A DNA stretch of 64,000 nt from Pristiophorus japonicus (taxonomy: Eukaryota), in NCBI RefSeq assembly GCF_044704955.1, contig NC_091997.1, positions 33,046,001-33,110,000 on the forward strand, read 5' to 3'. Position numbers and translations under genes: made by a program. This document shows, in pieces, positions 1-11,460 of this stretch (its first letter is position 1; each line of letters begins with the position of its first letter). The notes under the pieces are model-generated. The model worked only from the letters and a program-made list of their open reading frames with translations. It was not told the DNA's origin and did no database searches.

Positions 1-907
1 AACGGCCGTATACCTCAAAACGTGGATTTAAAACGGTATGTCTTGGTTTACCATTCATCCCTATATCTTCATGCTTTTGGGGCTGAGCGAGAAACACTTT
101 ATCTTGCATTAATTATGGAAACAGTCTGTAACGATTTTGTTTCCTGATTCAATTTCCCCGATGCACCAACCCGAGTAGATGTGTTTGCGGTTGAAGTAAT
201 TAATTTGGCCTGAATGATTAAAAATCAGATGGGAGCTAATTGTGCCGAGAGAACAGGAATCGGTGTTAATAAGAGAACAAAATCACTGCAATTTGTTTCA
301 TAGATCAAATGTTTTTATTTTATACAAAAGGTGTCGAACTTCATTGAAAAATACAATTCTGTCGGGAACATGCAGAGTGAGACTCCAAACGCTGATCAAG
401 CAGTGTATTTACAGGAAACATAATTAATGTTCAATTTGCAGTTGGTTTAGGGGGAAGGGGAACCTTATTTGGTGAAATGCTTCCTATTTTCTCTCTATTC
501 CTGCCACAATATTATGACACAGTAATGGTGTTGAACATGTGCGGGAGTCAGGGTACTTAAGTGACTTGTGGAAAGCCTGCTTTCCAATCTCTTGGCAACG
601 TTTAAAGAGGCAAAAATCAGCCTGTCACATTAATCCGGCCTTTGAAATAACGCTATAAATTCATTTGTTTGATCTCGTGCATTTAAAGTTATTTATTTAT
701 GTTTATGCAAATCCATAGTTTGAAAATATGTAATTCGTGCAAACGAGCTGTCACGCAACTGAAAAAATAAATACAAAAGTTAGAAATTTGAAATTAAAAG
801 AAAATACTTGAAATAGTCATCAAATCTCTCAAACGGCGAAAGAGGCGAAGGTTTCAGGTGTATGCGAACCGTTTACTTGGCCGTTGTCTCATCTGTGTCT
901 TTCCAGA

Positions 908-1700
908 ATGTTCCGTTTTAATCCCAGAAAACCCGTTTCCTTAATCTCCTCTTGAATTTCGTATTTTCCATTGATAAAAATATTGCAAAACAGGTACTAT
1001 TCCTTATATAATAGTTAGATTGTTATAAAAATCAGCTTGTCCCTAAAACCTCGCCGTGCTAAAGGTTTTTATTAAGCTGTGCTCACCAATACTATTAGTT
1101 TAGAATTAATTTTGATGTTTGTATATTTTGGTGAAATACCTGCTTTGCTATTTCCTTGTCAAACCGCACTTAATTGCAACATATTTTAAATTTTACACGT
1201 TTCACTAAAAGTAGAAAAGTTACCAACTTTCAGTTTTTGTTCGACATCTCGGCAGGGATTATTTATAAATATTTACAGATTTTTTGTTGCAAAAGGGAGA
1301 TATATGTAATAATATGAAGAGCAAACCGATGAAAAATGTTTGAGATATTTAATTTCGAGACTGTCTCTTCACCTCCTTTCCTGCCGGACTTTATGAGCAC
1401 ACAGTTGGAATAAGGAACATGTCTGCGTGTCAGTAAAACAGGGAAAGTAGTAGGTTGATGTATCTTTGTGCCTGCATCCGTTTGAGAGTTGATGCTCTTT
1501 ACTATCAACCATAAGTCTTGGTGCAGTGGACACGGCAAGTGCGCGAAGAAACCAAACGGGAAAGCGGACGTTTATTTGCTGGCTAGTTAAATAATCGGGT
1601 TGTATGTTGGTGTGCAGACATCGGGTGCCGTTCTACAGAGCATCGGCTAACAGTTTAAAATGCGCACAGAACTTACTGTGTATGAGCGGCATTTCTGAGC
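908..1700 (+). pseudogene. Putative highly eroded Hox12-like (HoxB12) pseudogene relic
   Basis: Exon-1-like landmarks: ATG 908, N-P 920-925, L-L-N-F 949-960, Y-F-P 962-970, compared with the Hox12 N-terminus M..LLNPG..SLLNF..FYFPN. After AG at 1514-1515 the frame reads S-W-C-S-G-H-G-K-C-A-K-K (cf. PWYPMHxRSRKK). It continues with A..*(E)-L..N at 1578-1595 and E..N-S-L-K at 1638-1660 (cf. ELSNRLNL). K3-to-N36 spacing is 103 nt against 99 expected. Manual alignment only. Confidence 0.4.
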
Positions 1701-2730
1701 GTCTTATACCCTGGCCGGGTGCTGGACATTTTGGGTGTGTTGCTCAAATTCGACAACACTTTAATTGGAAATGAATTAATATTTCTATAGATTGCTTTCG
1801 ATCGGGAATTCTTTTCAAAGCTGCTGTATAGTCCCAGCTCGCCTCCGCCAGGTTCTAAGTACAACTGTCCTGCTGTGTTGCAGTATTTTCATTGGCACGA
1901 AGAGCCTTGTTATTTCTGTGTTGATTGCAAACGAACATATTTGTTTATTTTACAATGCCTGAGTTTAATTCACAATCATGAAACGAACCGTCCCATAAAC
2001 CTTGGTATGTAACTAAACGGTAACGCAGTTTTTAAAAAATGTCATCAACATAGAGATGAATAATTAACTTTTCTGTTTCTTTTTTTTTACGTTTAGCAGT
2101 TATTTTTCTCGGATCCAACGAACTGCAAGGATTTATGAACGAACTCTGAAGAGAGAGCGCTGGCGTCAGTCAAAGCCTCTATGCTAATGTGTGCGAGCCG
2201 GCATGATGAAATACTTCCTCTAATATTTTGTATTCTTATACCGTGGGGAATACAACGACTCTCTAAAGTAAAAAAAAAAATTCACAACGAATGCACAGAT
2301 TGAAAGGTTAAATAAGTTACAGGAGTTAATCTTTTTTCCAAAGAATTTGTTGCAGTTTTGACTTCAATTTCAAAAGAAAACAAATAACGAGACTGATGTC
2401 ACATTCCACATGCTTGATTGGCAGAACGGCGGCGATCACACCGTAACACTTGCACGCTCTTCCTGGAACGTGGTGTGTTCATTTTTGGTTGGGTTAATAC
2501 GTCTCAACAGAATTATAATTAAAATTATTGTAAAAGTGCCAGACTGGTACAAATTAACTACTGTGCCTTGGGAGGACATATTGCGCAAGTCACCTTCAAA
2601 GGACATTTAAAATCAAATATTACGATCAATAAAAAAAAAATGTGTGGTAGTTTGGGAAACAAGTTAGTCAAATAAATAATGATGGGATATTTTTATATAG
2701 CTATTTGGCGAATAAGCAGGAATCTGACAT

Positions 2731-2763
2731 AGGAACATAAGAAATAGGAGCAGGATTAGGCCA
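2731..2763 (-). mobile_element. Very short 3' tail fragment of a CR1-type LINE/SINE
   Basis: AGGAACATAAGAAATAGGAGCAGGA is the reverse complement of the tail at about 9400-9425 (TCCTGCTCCTATTTCTTATGTTCTT). Confidence 0.6.
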
Positions 2764-3059
2764 AGATTGTGTTTATTAAGATAAATAGTGGCCTACTACA
2801 GGCCTTGGCAACAAAACCCAACATTGCTACTTGTTCATTCCAAGAGATGAGCGGCGAAATAATCTTCAGCATTTTCACATGAGATATCTGTGTTCTGCAG
2901 ATCTGTGTTCTACAGCTTGATGGCTGCCATTGCCATTCGACAGCACAACAGACACAATAGGACAAGATAATAACAGCATGCAGTCCGGAAGCTGCGGACT
3001 TGCCACCGCCTTTGAACCAATGTTGGCCCCTTAAGTGTTTGCTACAAGTTATGTTGCAT

Positions 3060-3135
3060 TCTTGGTACGATCACGTGATCACGTCACACGTCACGTGGTT
3101 CACCATATTGCAAGAGAAGCGGAGGTGATTTATTT
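3060..3135 (+). promoter_or_regulatory. E-box-rich promoter-like element upstream of the Hox11-like relic
   Basis: Palindrome GATCACGTGATC (3069-3080) and a second CACGTG (3092-3097), about 210 bp upstream of the relic ATG. Paired CACGTG boxes also occur in the HoxB7 promoter in this window. Confidence 0.35.
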
Positions 3136-3307
3136 GTCTTTAGATACATATATGAAGAATTGCACGTGAAAATAATTTCAATTTTGTCCAAATGCGAGTC
3201 TAACCTCTGATTTCGTGAGTACTGAGAGGCCTGCACTGCAATAGGCTGATCCTTCTGACTTTAGATGGAATCGTTTTTTAATAGCTGCTTATATATGTAT
3301 GTTGGCG

Positions 3308-4374
3308 ATGGAGTTTTATTTAATTAAACCATACCCTAATCCCCAACATTTTTTTAACTGTTTTCTATAAGGTTCGTCAGCAACATGCCTGCAGCAAACA
3401 AGAACCCAGTCAATAGAATTGGATTTCTTACTCGAGTTTCCAACACGTTAAACTTCCACCCGAATAAACATCCGCTCTAGAATGAGCGACAATTTGCACA
3501 GGGGAATGCGTCCAGGGAATAAAGTTTAAGCCTGGAACCGTTTCAAGGTTAGAAACTGCAGGAGGGAAAACAATTCCGCCACAGGAATAACAAGAGAAGT
3601 TCACTCGGTTGCAGCTAACTGCCCCAGATACGGCCATAAGGAGCCCAAAGCGCGAGCAGAGGCATCGAAATGCCAACACGACATTGCTTTAAAAAAATCA
3701 ATCCTCTATATTAAAACCTGGATTTTTACCCATACCGAATATTTACAATTAAAATTAATGAATGGTGCTTTAAATTTTAAGGACTCCACACCAAACATCC
3801 ACGATCAAGTACAATTTGCAGACTTGTTTTCACAGTGGCGTTGTTTATTTGCTTTTAGAGATCTAAAATCTCTATCCACCAACGAAACAAAATGTTAGCA
3901 CTCGCAACAATATACTGAGACTATACATTCTAAATGCGGATAAAAGTTAAAATATCAATCCCACGACTGTGCTGTGGCCCCATTTAAAAGCAACGTTTTC
4001 TTTTTATCAAGGCGTTCTATGCGGAGCGTACCCAGCAACAGACACTTTACTGCCTGCCTGTGTAAATTTTATGTGCCAACAGACGACTGGCTGACGAAAA
4101 AAAGAGACAGAGGCAGGGGTGCCTCTTGTAACAAACATCAAATTTGGTGCTAGCGTGAGTGGGGGAAAGAGAGATATTCCAACTCTACACAAACAAAGAA
4201 AAGGCCAACTGCTTTTAATCCCGGTATCTGAAGTTTATCTGACGCGATAAGTCGAAATTCTTATCATTGTTGGGTGAGTGGAAGAAAGCGGCAGACAAAT
4301 TCAGCTTGTGTCTGAAAAAAGTGGTGCATTTCATACAATGTCTATGGAATCGAACACACTCCACTGGAGACCCC
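3308..4374 (+). pseudogene. Putative eroded Hox11-like (HoxB11) pseudogene with two exon relics
   Basis: Exon 1: ATG GAG TTT TAT (MEFY vs MDFD) at 3308; S-N-M 3379-3387; D-F 3422; N-L..Q..V-R-E..F..L-E-P 3491-3540; G-G-K..I-P-P-Q (vs GRNGVLPQ) 3561-3584. Exon 2, after AG at 4081-4082: K-K-R 4097-4105; C..C-N-K-H-Q-I-W (vs CPYTKYQIR) 4120-4147; Y-T-N-K-E-K (vs YINKEK) 4186-4203; S-R-Y-L-K/L-S-D/R-*-V-E-I (vs SRMLNLTDRQVKI) 4219-4259; H-S-T-G-D-P (vs YFTGNP) 4357-4374. Multiple frameshifts and stops. Confidence 0.7.
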
Positions 4375-5886
4375 GACTCTCTCGGGCTGCTGTACACCCC
4401 ACCCGCTTAAAGTGGCCACTCTCCTTATTCTGGGACACATTTTGCTAGGTTTTAATTAGCATTTCTGCTGGTGCTAAATTCTTCACTCGTGGAGCTGAGC
4501 TTTTGACTTGAAAAATCAGCTCGGCTTCCAGATGGGACCAGATGTCGAAGGCCGTTTGGTTCCATGTAACTTTAAACGCTGACCTTGCAAATCCAACTGC
4601 AGTTATTTACTCTAGTTTTAAAATCCATTAAATTGAGGGCACCACACAATCCGAGGAATGAATGCGCTATCACTTAGATATCCACATTAAACTTGCATGT
4701 AACATCGAACGTCCTCGCCAGTATAAATAAACTGACACTCAAAGATTAATCTTGCAGTCGAATTTGTATTACAGGCCAGAACTAGCTTTCCAAAGAAACA
4801 CAGTGCAGCACCAGCCTTTAGCAGGGAGTATGAAAAGTTTATAATTGTCTCTTTATCACTGAAAGGAAACTTTAAGCTTTAATTTTCAATACGGCCGATT
4901 TAAATGCCCATGGCGCGCTTTAGACGCCATTTAGACTGTAAAACTAAGATGCACAGAAGCGTAGACATGTATAACTGTTGCTGTACCTTCCTGATATTGC
5001 ATATTCACAACGGACGCCATTTATTACATTGGACCCTTTCAGTACTTATTTGATTAAAACAAGTCAGAATGACATAATTATCCTTGCTTTCTCCATTAAT
5101 TCGTGTGCAACAATGTTTAAATGCCACAAAATACAATGTGTCAGTCCTGATTTAAACCATCCCAATTAATGTAATCCTCATTTCAACCTAAGCACGGTGT
5201 TGTGTCACAGGATAACAATAATATAAACCCGTTAATTTTAACATAAAAAGGTTTGGTAAGAATACTGGGTTGTAGAGTTGAATATCGTAGTTCTCAAAAT
5301 ATAGGAGCACTGAAAAATGAAGGAAGACTCATTTAATAATATATATTGTTGCATGCAATCCTGAGGGGAAATTATTACGCTAAAGAATACTTTGCATTAC
5401 CGCAAATTATTCGTTAACATCAACATTGTAATTGTTTGATAAACAAAATCCGTCATTTGAATTCCAGGATATGATGGAAACATGAACAATGTCGGTACAA
5501 GATATCCCCATTAGGTAAGAACAATTCTATCTGTTCCTCATCCTTTTGAAAAAAGTGAAGGGTTGAAGATATTTCTAACTAATAATTATTCAGAACTTTG
5601 CTTTTAAACTGTTCAGTTTCATAACATCTTTACTATGTTTTAAATGTAGTAATCAGTGGAAAGTTCTAAGCTAATTTGGCGCAACTAAATCTTTACCAGT
5701 ATTGAGAAAATATCGGTAAAAACTGTCTCTCGCTCTGCCATCTCGCAATCTCTCTGAAATTAACTTTACAGGGTTTGGAGAGATGCAATATTTTTATGGG
5801 TAAGTGATTGTCCGTGTTTTGTACAACCATTGCAAGTGCTTGCACTTTGTGTTACTCATAATCACACACAATTGTCTGAGAGTAGT

Positions 5887-6418
5887 CATCATCATCATAG
5901 GCAGTCCCTCGGAATCGTTGAAGACTTGCTTCCACTCCTAAAGTGAGTTATTTGGTGGCTGAACAGTCCAATACGAGATCCACAGACCCTGTCACAGGTG
6001 GGAGAGACATTCGTCGGGGGAAGCGGGGTGGGGGGGGGGGGGTGTTGGTGGGGATGGAACTGATTTGCTGCATGCTCCTTCTGCTGCCTGCGCCTGACCT
6101 CTTCACGCTCACGGCACTTTCTCCACTTAGGGCCGTCTTCGGCCAGGTGTCAGTGGTGATGTTGCACTTCATCAGGGAGGCTTTGAGAATGTTCTTGTAA
6201 CGTTTCCGCTGCCCATCTTTTGCTCATTTGCCGTGAAGGAGCTCCGAATAGAGCAATTGCTTAGGGAGTCTCATGTTTGACATGCGAACTATGTGGCCTG
6301 CCCAACGAAGCCGATGGTGTGTGGTCAGTGCTTCAATGCTGGGGATGTTGGCCTGGGCGAGGACACTGATATTTGTGCACTTGTCCTCCCAGGGAATTTG
6401 CAGGAGCTTGTGGAGACA
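5887..6418 (-). mobile_element. RTE-clade LINE, 3' end in sense orientation on the minus strand
   Basis: (ATG)n-type tail seen as CATCATCATCAT at 5887-5898. The minus-strand peptide QIPWEDKCTNISVL...RLRWAGHIVRMSNMRLPKQLLYSEL is typical of the RTE ORF C-terminus. Confidence 0.85.
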
Positions 6419-7127
6419 CAGCCCTCTGGGGAGGCATGATTGGTAGAGAGGGGGTAGGGAAAGCCAACTCCAGTGGTACATTACTCCTGACAAAATATCT
6501 AGAACACGAACTCCTCATCACCAAGATTCTGTTCTGCCAGAGGGACAAATACAAGGCATCGTGGCAACACCCTCACTCCAAACACTGGCACCTGCTCGAC
6601 TATGTCATCATCCAAGCCATGGATTGCAAGGATGTGCGTATCACCCGCACCATGACAAGAGCTGACGACTGCTGTATGGACCATCGCCTAATCCAATCCA
6701 TTATTGATATTAACATAGCCCCAAAGCAGAAGGGGCAGCAGAAGCAGTTAATGCTGGAGCATTTAAAGACCCAGCTAAGAGAGCCCTATACAGCCAACGC
6801 TTCGCAGCTAATCTGGCATGCCTTGATGACTCTGAGATGCTGAATGCCCACAGCACTTGGTCTGCCTCCAGTCCTCCATAACCAGTGTCTGCGAAGAGAC
6901 ATTTGGTTACTCAACCAAAAAACACCAGAACAGATTTGATGAAAATGATAAGGAGATCCAAGAACTAATAGATCGTAAGCACAGAGCATTTCTGAGCCTC
7001 AAGCAACAAACCAACTGGAGATCTGCAAAGCAACGTTACAGATGGCTCAAGGCTGAGGTCCAACAAAAAGCCCGGGACCTAAAGAATAGGTGGTGGATGG
7101 AAAAAGCACGGGAGATACAAAGGCCTT
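6415..7127 (+). mobile_element. RTE-clade LINE endonuclease/linker fragment, inverted relative to the adjoining 3' end
   Basis: Peptides IGREGVGKANSSGTLLL...SWQHPHSKHWHLLDYVII...DHRLI (AP-endonuclease C-terminal motifs) and KKHQNRFDEND...KNRWWMEKAREIQ. Confidence 0.85.
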
Positions 7128-7134
7128 TGAGAGT

Positions 7135-7180
7135 GTCTCTTTCTCTCTCTCTCTCTCGCTATATTATATATATATATAAT
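7135..7180. repeat. (CT)n/(AT)n microsatellite
   Basis: Direct reading of the sequence. Confidence 0.8.
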
Positions 7181-7184
7181 CAAT

Positions 7185-8695
7185 AGAAAAAAGAACAGTG
7201 CCGGTAGAATGGCGAACAAAAAATGTAATTCCCATCTTCAAAAAAGGAGATAGAACTAATCCAGGGAACTATAGACTGGATAGCTTAGCGAAAATGGTAG
7301 AATAATACTAGAATCTTTACTATAAGATCAGATAACAAAACATCCAATGTTGGAGAATATAACAAAACAGCAGCATTGCTTTCTAGAAGGAGGGTCGTGT
7401 TGAACCAACCCTTATTGAATTCTTTGGAGAAAAAGCAAAAAAGAATAGACAAGAGCAATGAAGTGGATGTGGTATGTTCGGGCTTTGAGAAGGCTTTCAA
7501 GAAGGTGCCACATGAGAGACTTTTGAGAAAGGTCAGGCAGTGTGGAGGCAGCAGAATGTATTGAAAGATGACTACAAAATAAAATACAGAGGGTTGAAGT
7601 TAAAGGAAGTTTCTCAGACGAGCACGAAGAAGGAAGAGGTGTCCTGCAGCAATCTGTGCTGGAAGCATTGTTGTTCACCAAATGTATAAATGATTTTGAC
7701 TCCGAAGTTGCGGATGCTGTGTTGACACTCTCAGATGATTCCAAATTGGGGGCTATTGCTAATAATATGCAAGGCTGCATGAAATTACAAGAAGACATAA
7801 ACAGGCTTGCACTGTCGGAGGAAAGACAGCAATTAAAATTCAATATAGCGAAATGTGAGGTGGTTCATTTTTGTAGGAGGAATAAGGAGGTCACTTATTC
7901 CTTGCACGGGGTAGAATGGCAAAGTGATCTGGGAATATAGATACATTCGTCACTGAAAGTAGCAACACACAGTGACAGCACCATAAAAAGTACAAATAAT
8001 ATATTGTGGGTGAATTTATAGAGGAATAAATGCAAAAGTAGGGCGATAATACATTTATGTAGAACCTTGGTTAGATTAAAAAAGAGCATACTACAAAAAT
8101 AACATTGAAGCACTGGAGAAAATGGAAAAAAGATTTGCAAAGATGTTACTCTAATTGAGAGTATGCAACTACCAGGTAATATTGAGCAGCCTGAGTCCCT
8201 TTTCTCTGGAAAAGTGAAAAACTATAACCCATTATTAGCTATAGCCCCCAATTTGGAATCATCTGAGCGTGTCGACATTGTACCTCCAAATTCTGAGTAA
8301 AAATCATTTATATATATAAGAGAAGACCAGATAGAGGTCTTGAAAATTATGAAAGGTTTCAGTAGGGTGGTGAAACCGTTTCTACCAGTGAGTTAAGGGG
8401 TCAGAGATAAAAGTTGGCATTAACAGAACAAATGAAGAATTAACAGGAATTTATTTACACAGAGAGTGGTAAGAATGTGGGAACTCGCTGCCACATGGAC
8501 TGGTTGAAGCAGATAGTATTGATGAATTTAAGGGCAGATGCATACATGAGGACAAAGGGAATACTGGGAGAGGTATACGAGCAGGGTGAGAAGAGATGGT
8601 TAGAGTGTGAAGAGGCTCGTGTGGGGCATAAACACATGGATAGACCAGTTGAGCCAAATGGCTTGTTTTGTGCTGTAGATTCTATGTAATTCTAG
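7185..8695 (+). mobile_element. Old, degenerate CR1-type LINE (reverse transcriptase to 3' end)
   Basis: Frameshifted motifs VPVEWRTKNVIPIFKKGDRTNPGNYR, VDVVCSGFEKAFKKVPHERLLRK, LSDDSKLG and KFNIAKCEVVHF. The 3' tail is ...AAATGGCTTGTTTTGTGCTGTAGATTCTATG. Confidence 0.85.
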
Positions 8696-8859
8696 TCCAA
8701 GGACAATATTTACAAAGCTGTAAGAATACTTGCAGGAACACATTATCAAAGGTGCAATTTACAAAAGCATATATATATTAAATGAACAGATCAGACTGCA
8801 TGTGTACGCACTGGGCAATCCTGATATCACCTCATTCATATTGACATCCTGAGATGCAA

Positions 8860-9427
8860 ATCACACCTGGAGTACTGCGTACAGTTTTGGTCTCCTTATT
8901 TAAGGAGGGATATACTTGCATTCGTGGCAGTTCAGAGAAGGTTCACTAGGCTGACTCCTGGGATGAAGGGGTTTTCTTATGAGGAAAGGTTGAGCAGGTT
9001 TGTCCTGTACTCATTGGAGTTTAGAAGAATGAGAGGTGATCTTATTGAAACATATAAGATACTGAGGGGGCTTGACAGGGTAGATACTGAGAGGATATTT
9101 CCCCTTGTGGGGGAATCTAGAACTAGGGGGCATAGTTTCAGAATAAATGGTCGCCCATTTAAGACAGAGATGAGAGGAATTTCTCCTCCCAGAGGCTTAG
9201 GAATCTTTGGAATTCTCTACCCCAGAGAGCTGTGGAAGCTGAGTCATTGAAAATATTCAAGGCTGATATTGACAGATTCTTGAACTATAGGGGAGTCAAG
9301 GGTTATGGGGATCAGGCAAGAACCTGGAGTTGAGGCCAAAATCAGATCAGCCCTGATGTTATTGAATGGTGGAGCAGGCTCGAGGGGCCTTATGGCCCAC
9401 TCCTGCTCCTATTTCTTATGTTCTTAC
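8860..9427 (+). mobile_element. 5'-truncated younger CR1-type LINE 3' end
   Basis: Peptide HLEYCVQFWSPY...VQRRFTRLTPGMKGFSYEERL...RRMRGDLIETYKIL, followed by a 3' UTR ending CTCCTGCTCCTATTTCTTATGTTCTTA. Confidence 0.9.
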
Positions 9428-9777
9428 CTACTGTCTTATTAGCAATAACATAATAAGCAAGAGCACAGTCAGTGATTATATATTTTATAATGGTAGCTTC
9501 AGTTATGCTAAGTCAGTCTCGCCCTGAGAAACGTAACTGAATCCTGCCGCAATGAGACACGCAGGGGTCTACTGCACATGTAACATCTCGCAATCGTTGA
9601 CAATTTATGCTTCATAATTTGGAAAATGTATCTGGTGGCGCTAATTAATTATATCTAGAGAATTAAAGAATGAACACGTAAGGCTCAGCTTCCGGTTCCA
9701 GTCAAGCTAATTCAACAAATGGAATACCTGCATGCCAAGCCTCTTAGTAATAAATTGCGCCCTGTAGGGTTTCGTTT

Positions 9778-9866
9778 CAGTTTTTTTGTCTTATTACACT
9801 CCTGTGAAGCACCTTGGGACATTTTACTACGTTAAAGGCGCTATATAAATGCAAGAGGTTGTTGTT
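9778..9866 (+). mobile_element. L2-type LINE/SINE 3' tail fragment
   Basis: CCTGTGAAGCACCTTGGGACATTTTACTACGTTAAAGGCGCTATATAAATGCAAG matches the tails at 34420-34482 and, as the reverse complement, at about 11900-11960. Confidence 0.75.
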
Positions 9867-11077
9867 TGTTTTAAATATTATATATTGACGGATCAATGTA
9901 TTACATTTTTAATTTAAAGATGATTTTAATTTTTTGAGATACGAATCTCTCTACCTGTCGATGATTCGCTCTCCTCAGCTGAAATGGTGCCCTGTGACCA
10001 TTTAGTTAAAAGATGGAGGCGGGCAATAAGCCATGTAAGGTCATATAAAGTGCCTTGTGCACTTTGCGGTTAAACATTCATAGAGTTGCTGGCGTTTTAT
10101 CACATTTTTCACATTAACATCTTTATTATGCTTGGTTTCAGTCATAAAAACAGGGCACAACAGGTACACCGAGTGACACAAACAGATTATTATATCAAGA
10201 GGAGGAATGTGCCAGTACCTCCCGGGCCAACGTTTGGCGAGCCAACGACCTGAAATGATTCACAGTCTCACAGATCGCTATCAACAGATATTAAAAGTGA
10301 ACAGTTTCTTAATTATTAATCTCAGCCGTATAATTGTTTTCTGTTATAATTTATCTAGTAAGATAGATTGCCATTATGAAAACTGTCTCGTGGATTCGGC
10401 GTGGTGGCGCCTTCAGAACCCTTACCTCAGAATAATATGTAACAATTAGCAATGCACGTATAATAATGTTAACTATTCAGTTGCACGTTTTCTGTAATGA
10501 CTTATTACCATGGTCAATCTACAATGTTTGCTAATTCAATATTCTCAAAGGTGCTTGCCTGAATATTTCCACTAAAAAATAAATACCTCAATCCTTGATG
10601 CTGTTTCAGTGAGTGTTTCTGATCCATTGAGTTAAATTAAATCATCATGCAGACTTTCGCTATACTATATTCGTTCATGATAAGTACCCGTTCTTATCTG
10701 TAAATCCCTGGAGCAGAAATATTTCACTTTACCATTTCGCAGTCACATGCTTTTTTTTTAAAACTTTAAAAAAAAATAGCGTAACAATCAAAATAAAGTT
10801 CAGATTGAAACCAGAATCACAGCACTATAATGACCGGTGATGACAACAACCATTACAAAATAGCCAGAGTGTGGAATGCTAACGGGAGGTGTGAAATCTA
10901 ATTAAAAGTTCCAAGTTAATTCCTTTGTTTTGAAGGGAAATCTAGCGTAGATAATCCAGCCCTTGTCCGGCCCAATATCTGGCTCCCCCCTGGACCGGCA
11001 CACACGGTATAAGAATCCAGGGTTGACCCAAGTCCCGATTATTTTTACTGCTGTTTAGTACAAATCGAGCTTTGGCG

Positions 11078-11460
11078 GGAACATAGGAACCGGAGGAGGC
11101 CATTCAGCCCCTCGAGCCTGTTCTGCCATTCAATGAGATCATGGCTGATCTGCGACCTTACTCCATATACCCACCTTTGGCCCATATCCGGAATACCTTT
11201 GGTTAACAGAAAGCTATCAATCCCCTACCACCCTTTGTGTGTAGAAGTGTTTCCTAATATCACTCCTGAAAGGTCCGGCTCTAATGTTTAGAATATGCCC
11301 CTAGTCCTAGACTCCCCAACCAGCAGGTATAGTTTCTATCTATCCTATATGGTCCCCTTAATATCCTGAAAACTTCGATCAGTTCACCCCTTAACCTTCC
11401 AAACTCTAGAGAATACAACTCTAATTTTTGTAATCATTCCTCGTAACTTAACCTTTGAAT
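11078..11460 (-). mobile_element. CR1-type LINE 3' end
   Basis: GGAACATAGGAACCGGAGGAGGCCATTCAGCCCCTCGAGCCTGTTCTGCCATTCAAT is reverse-complement similar to the tail at 9340-9427. Confidence 0.8.

Noticed and set aside
10133-10150. TGGTTTCAG (WFQ) as a homeobox remnant
   Set aside because: Isolated 9-mer with no flanking homeodomain landmarks.
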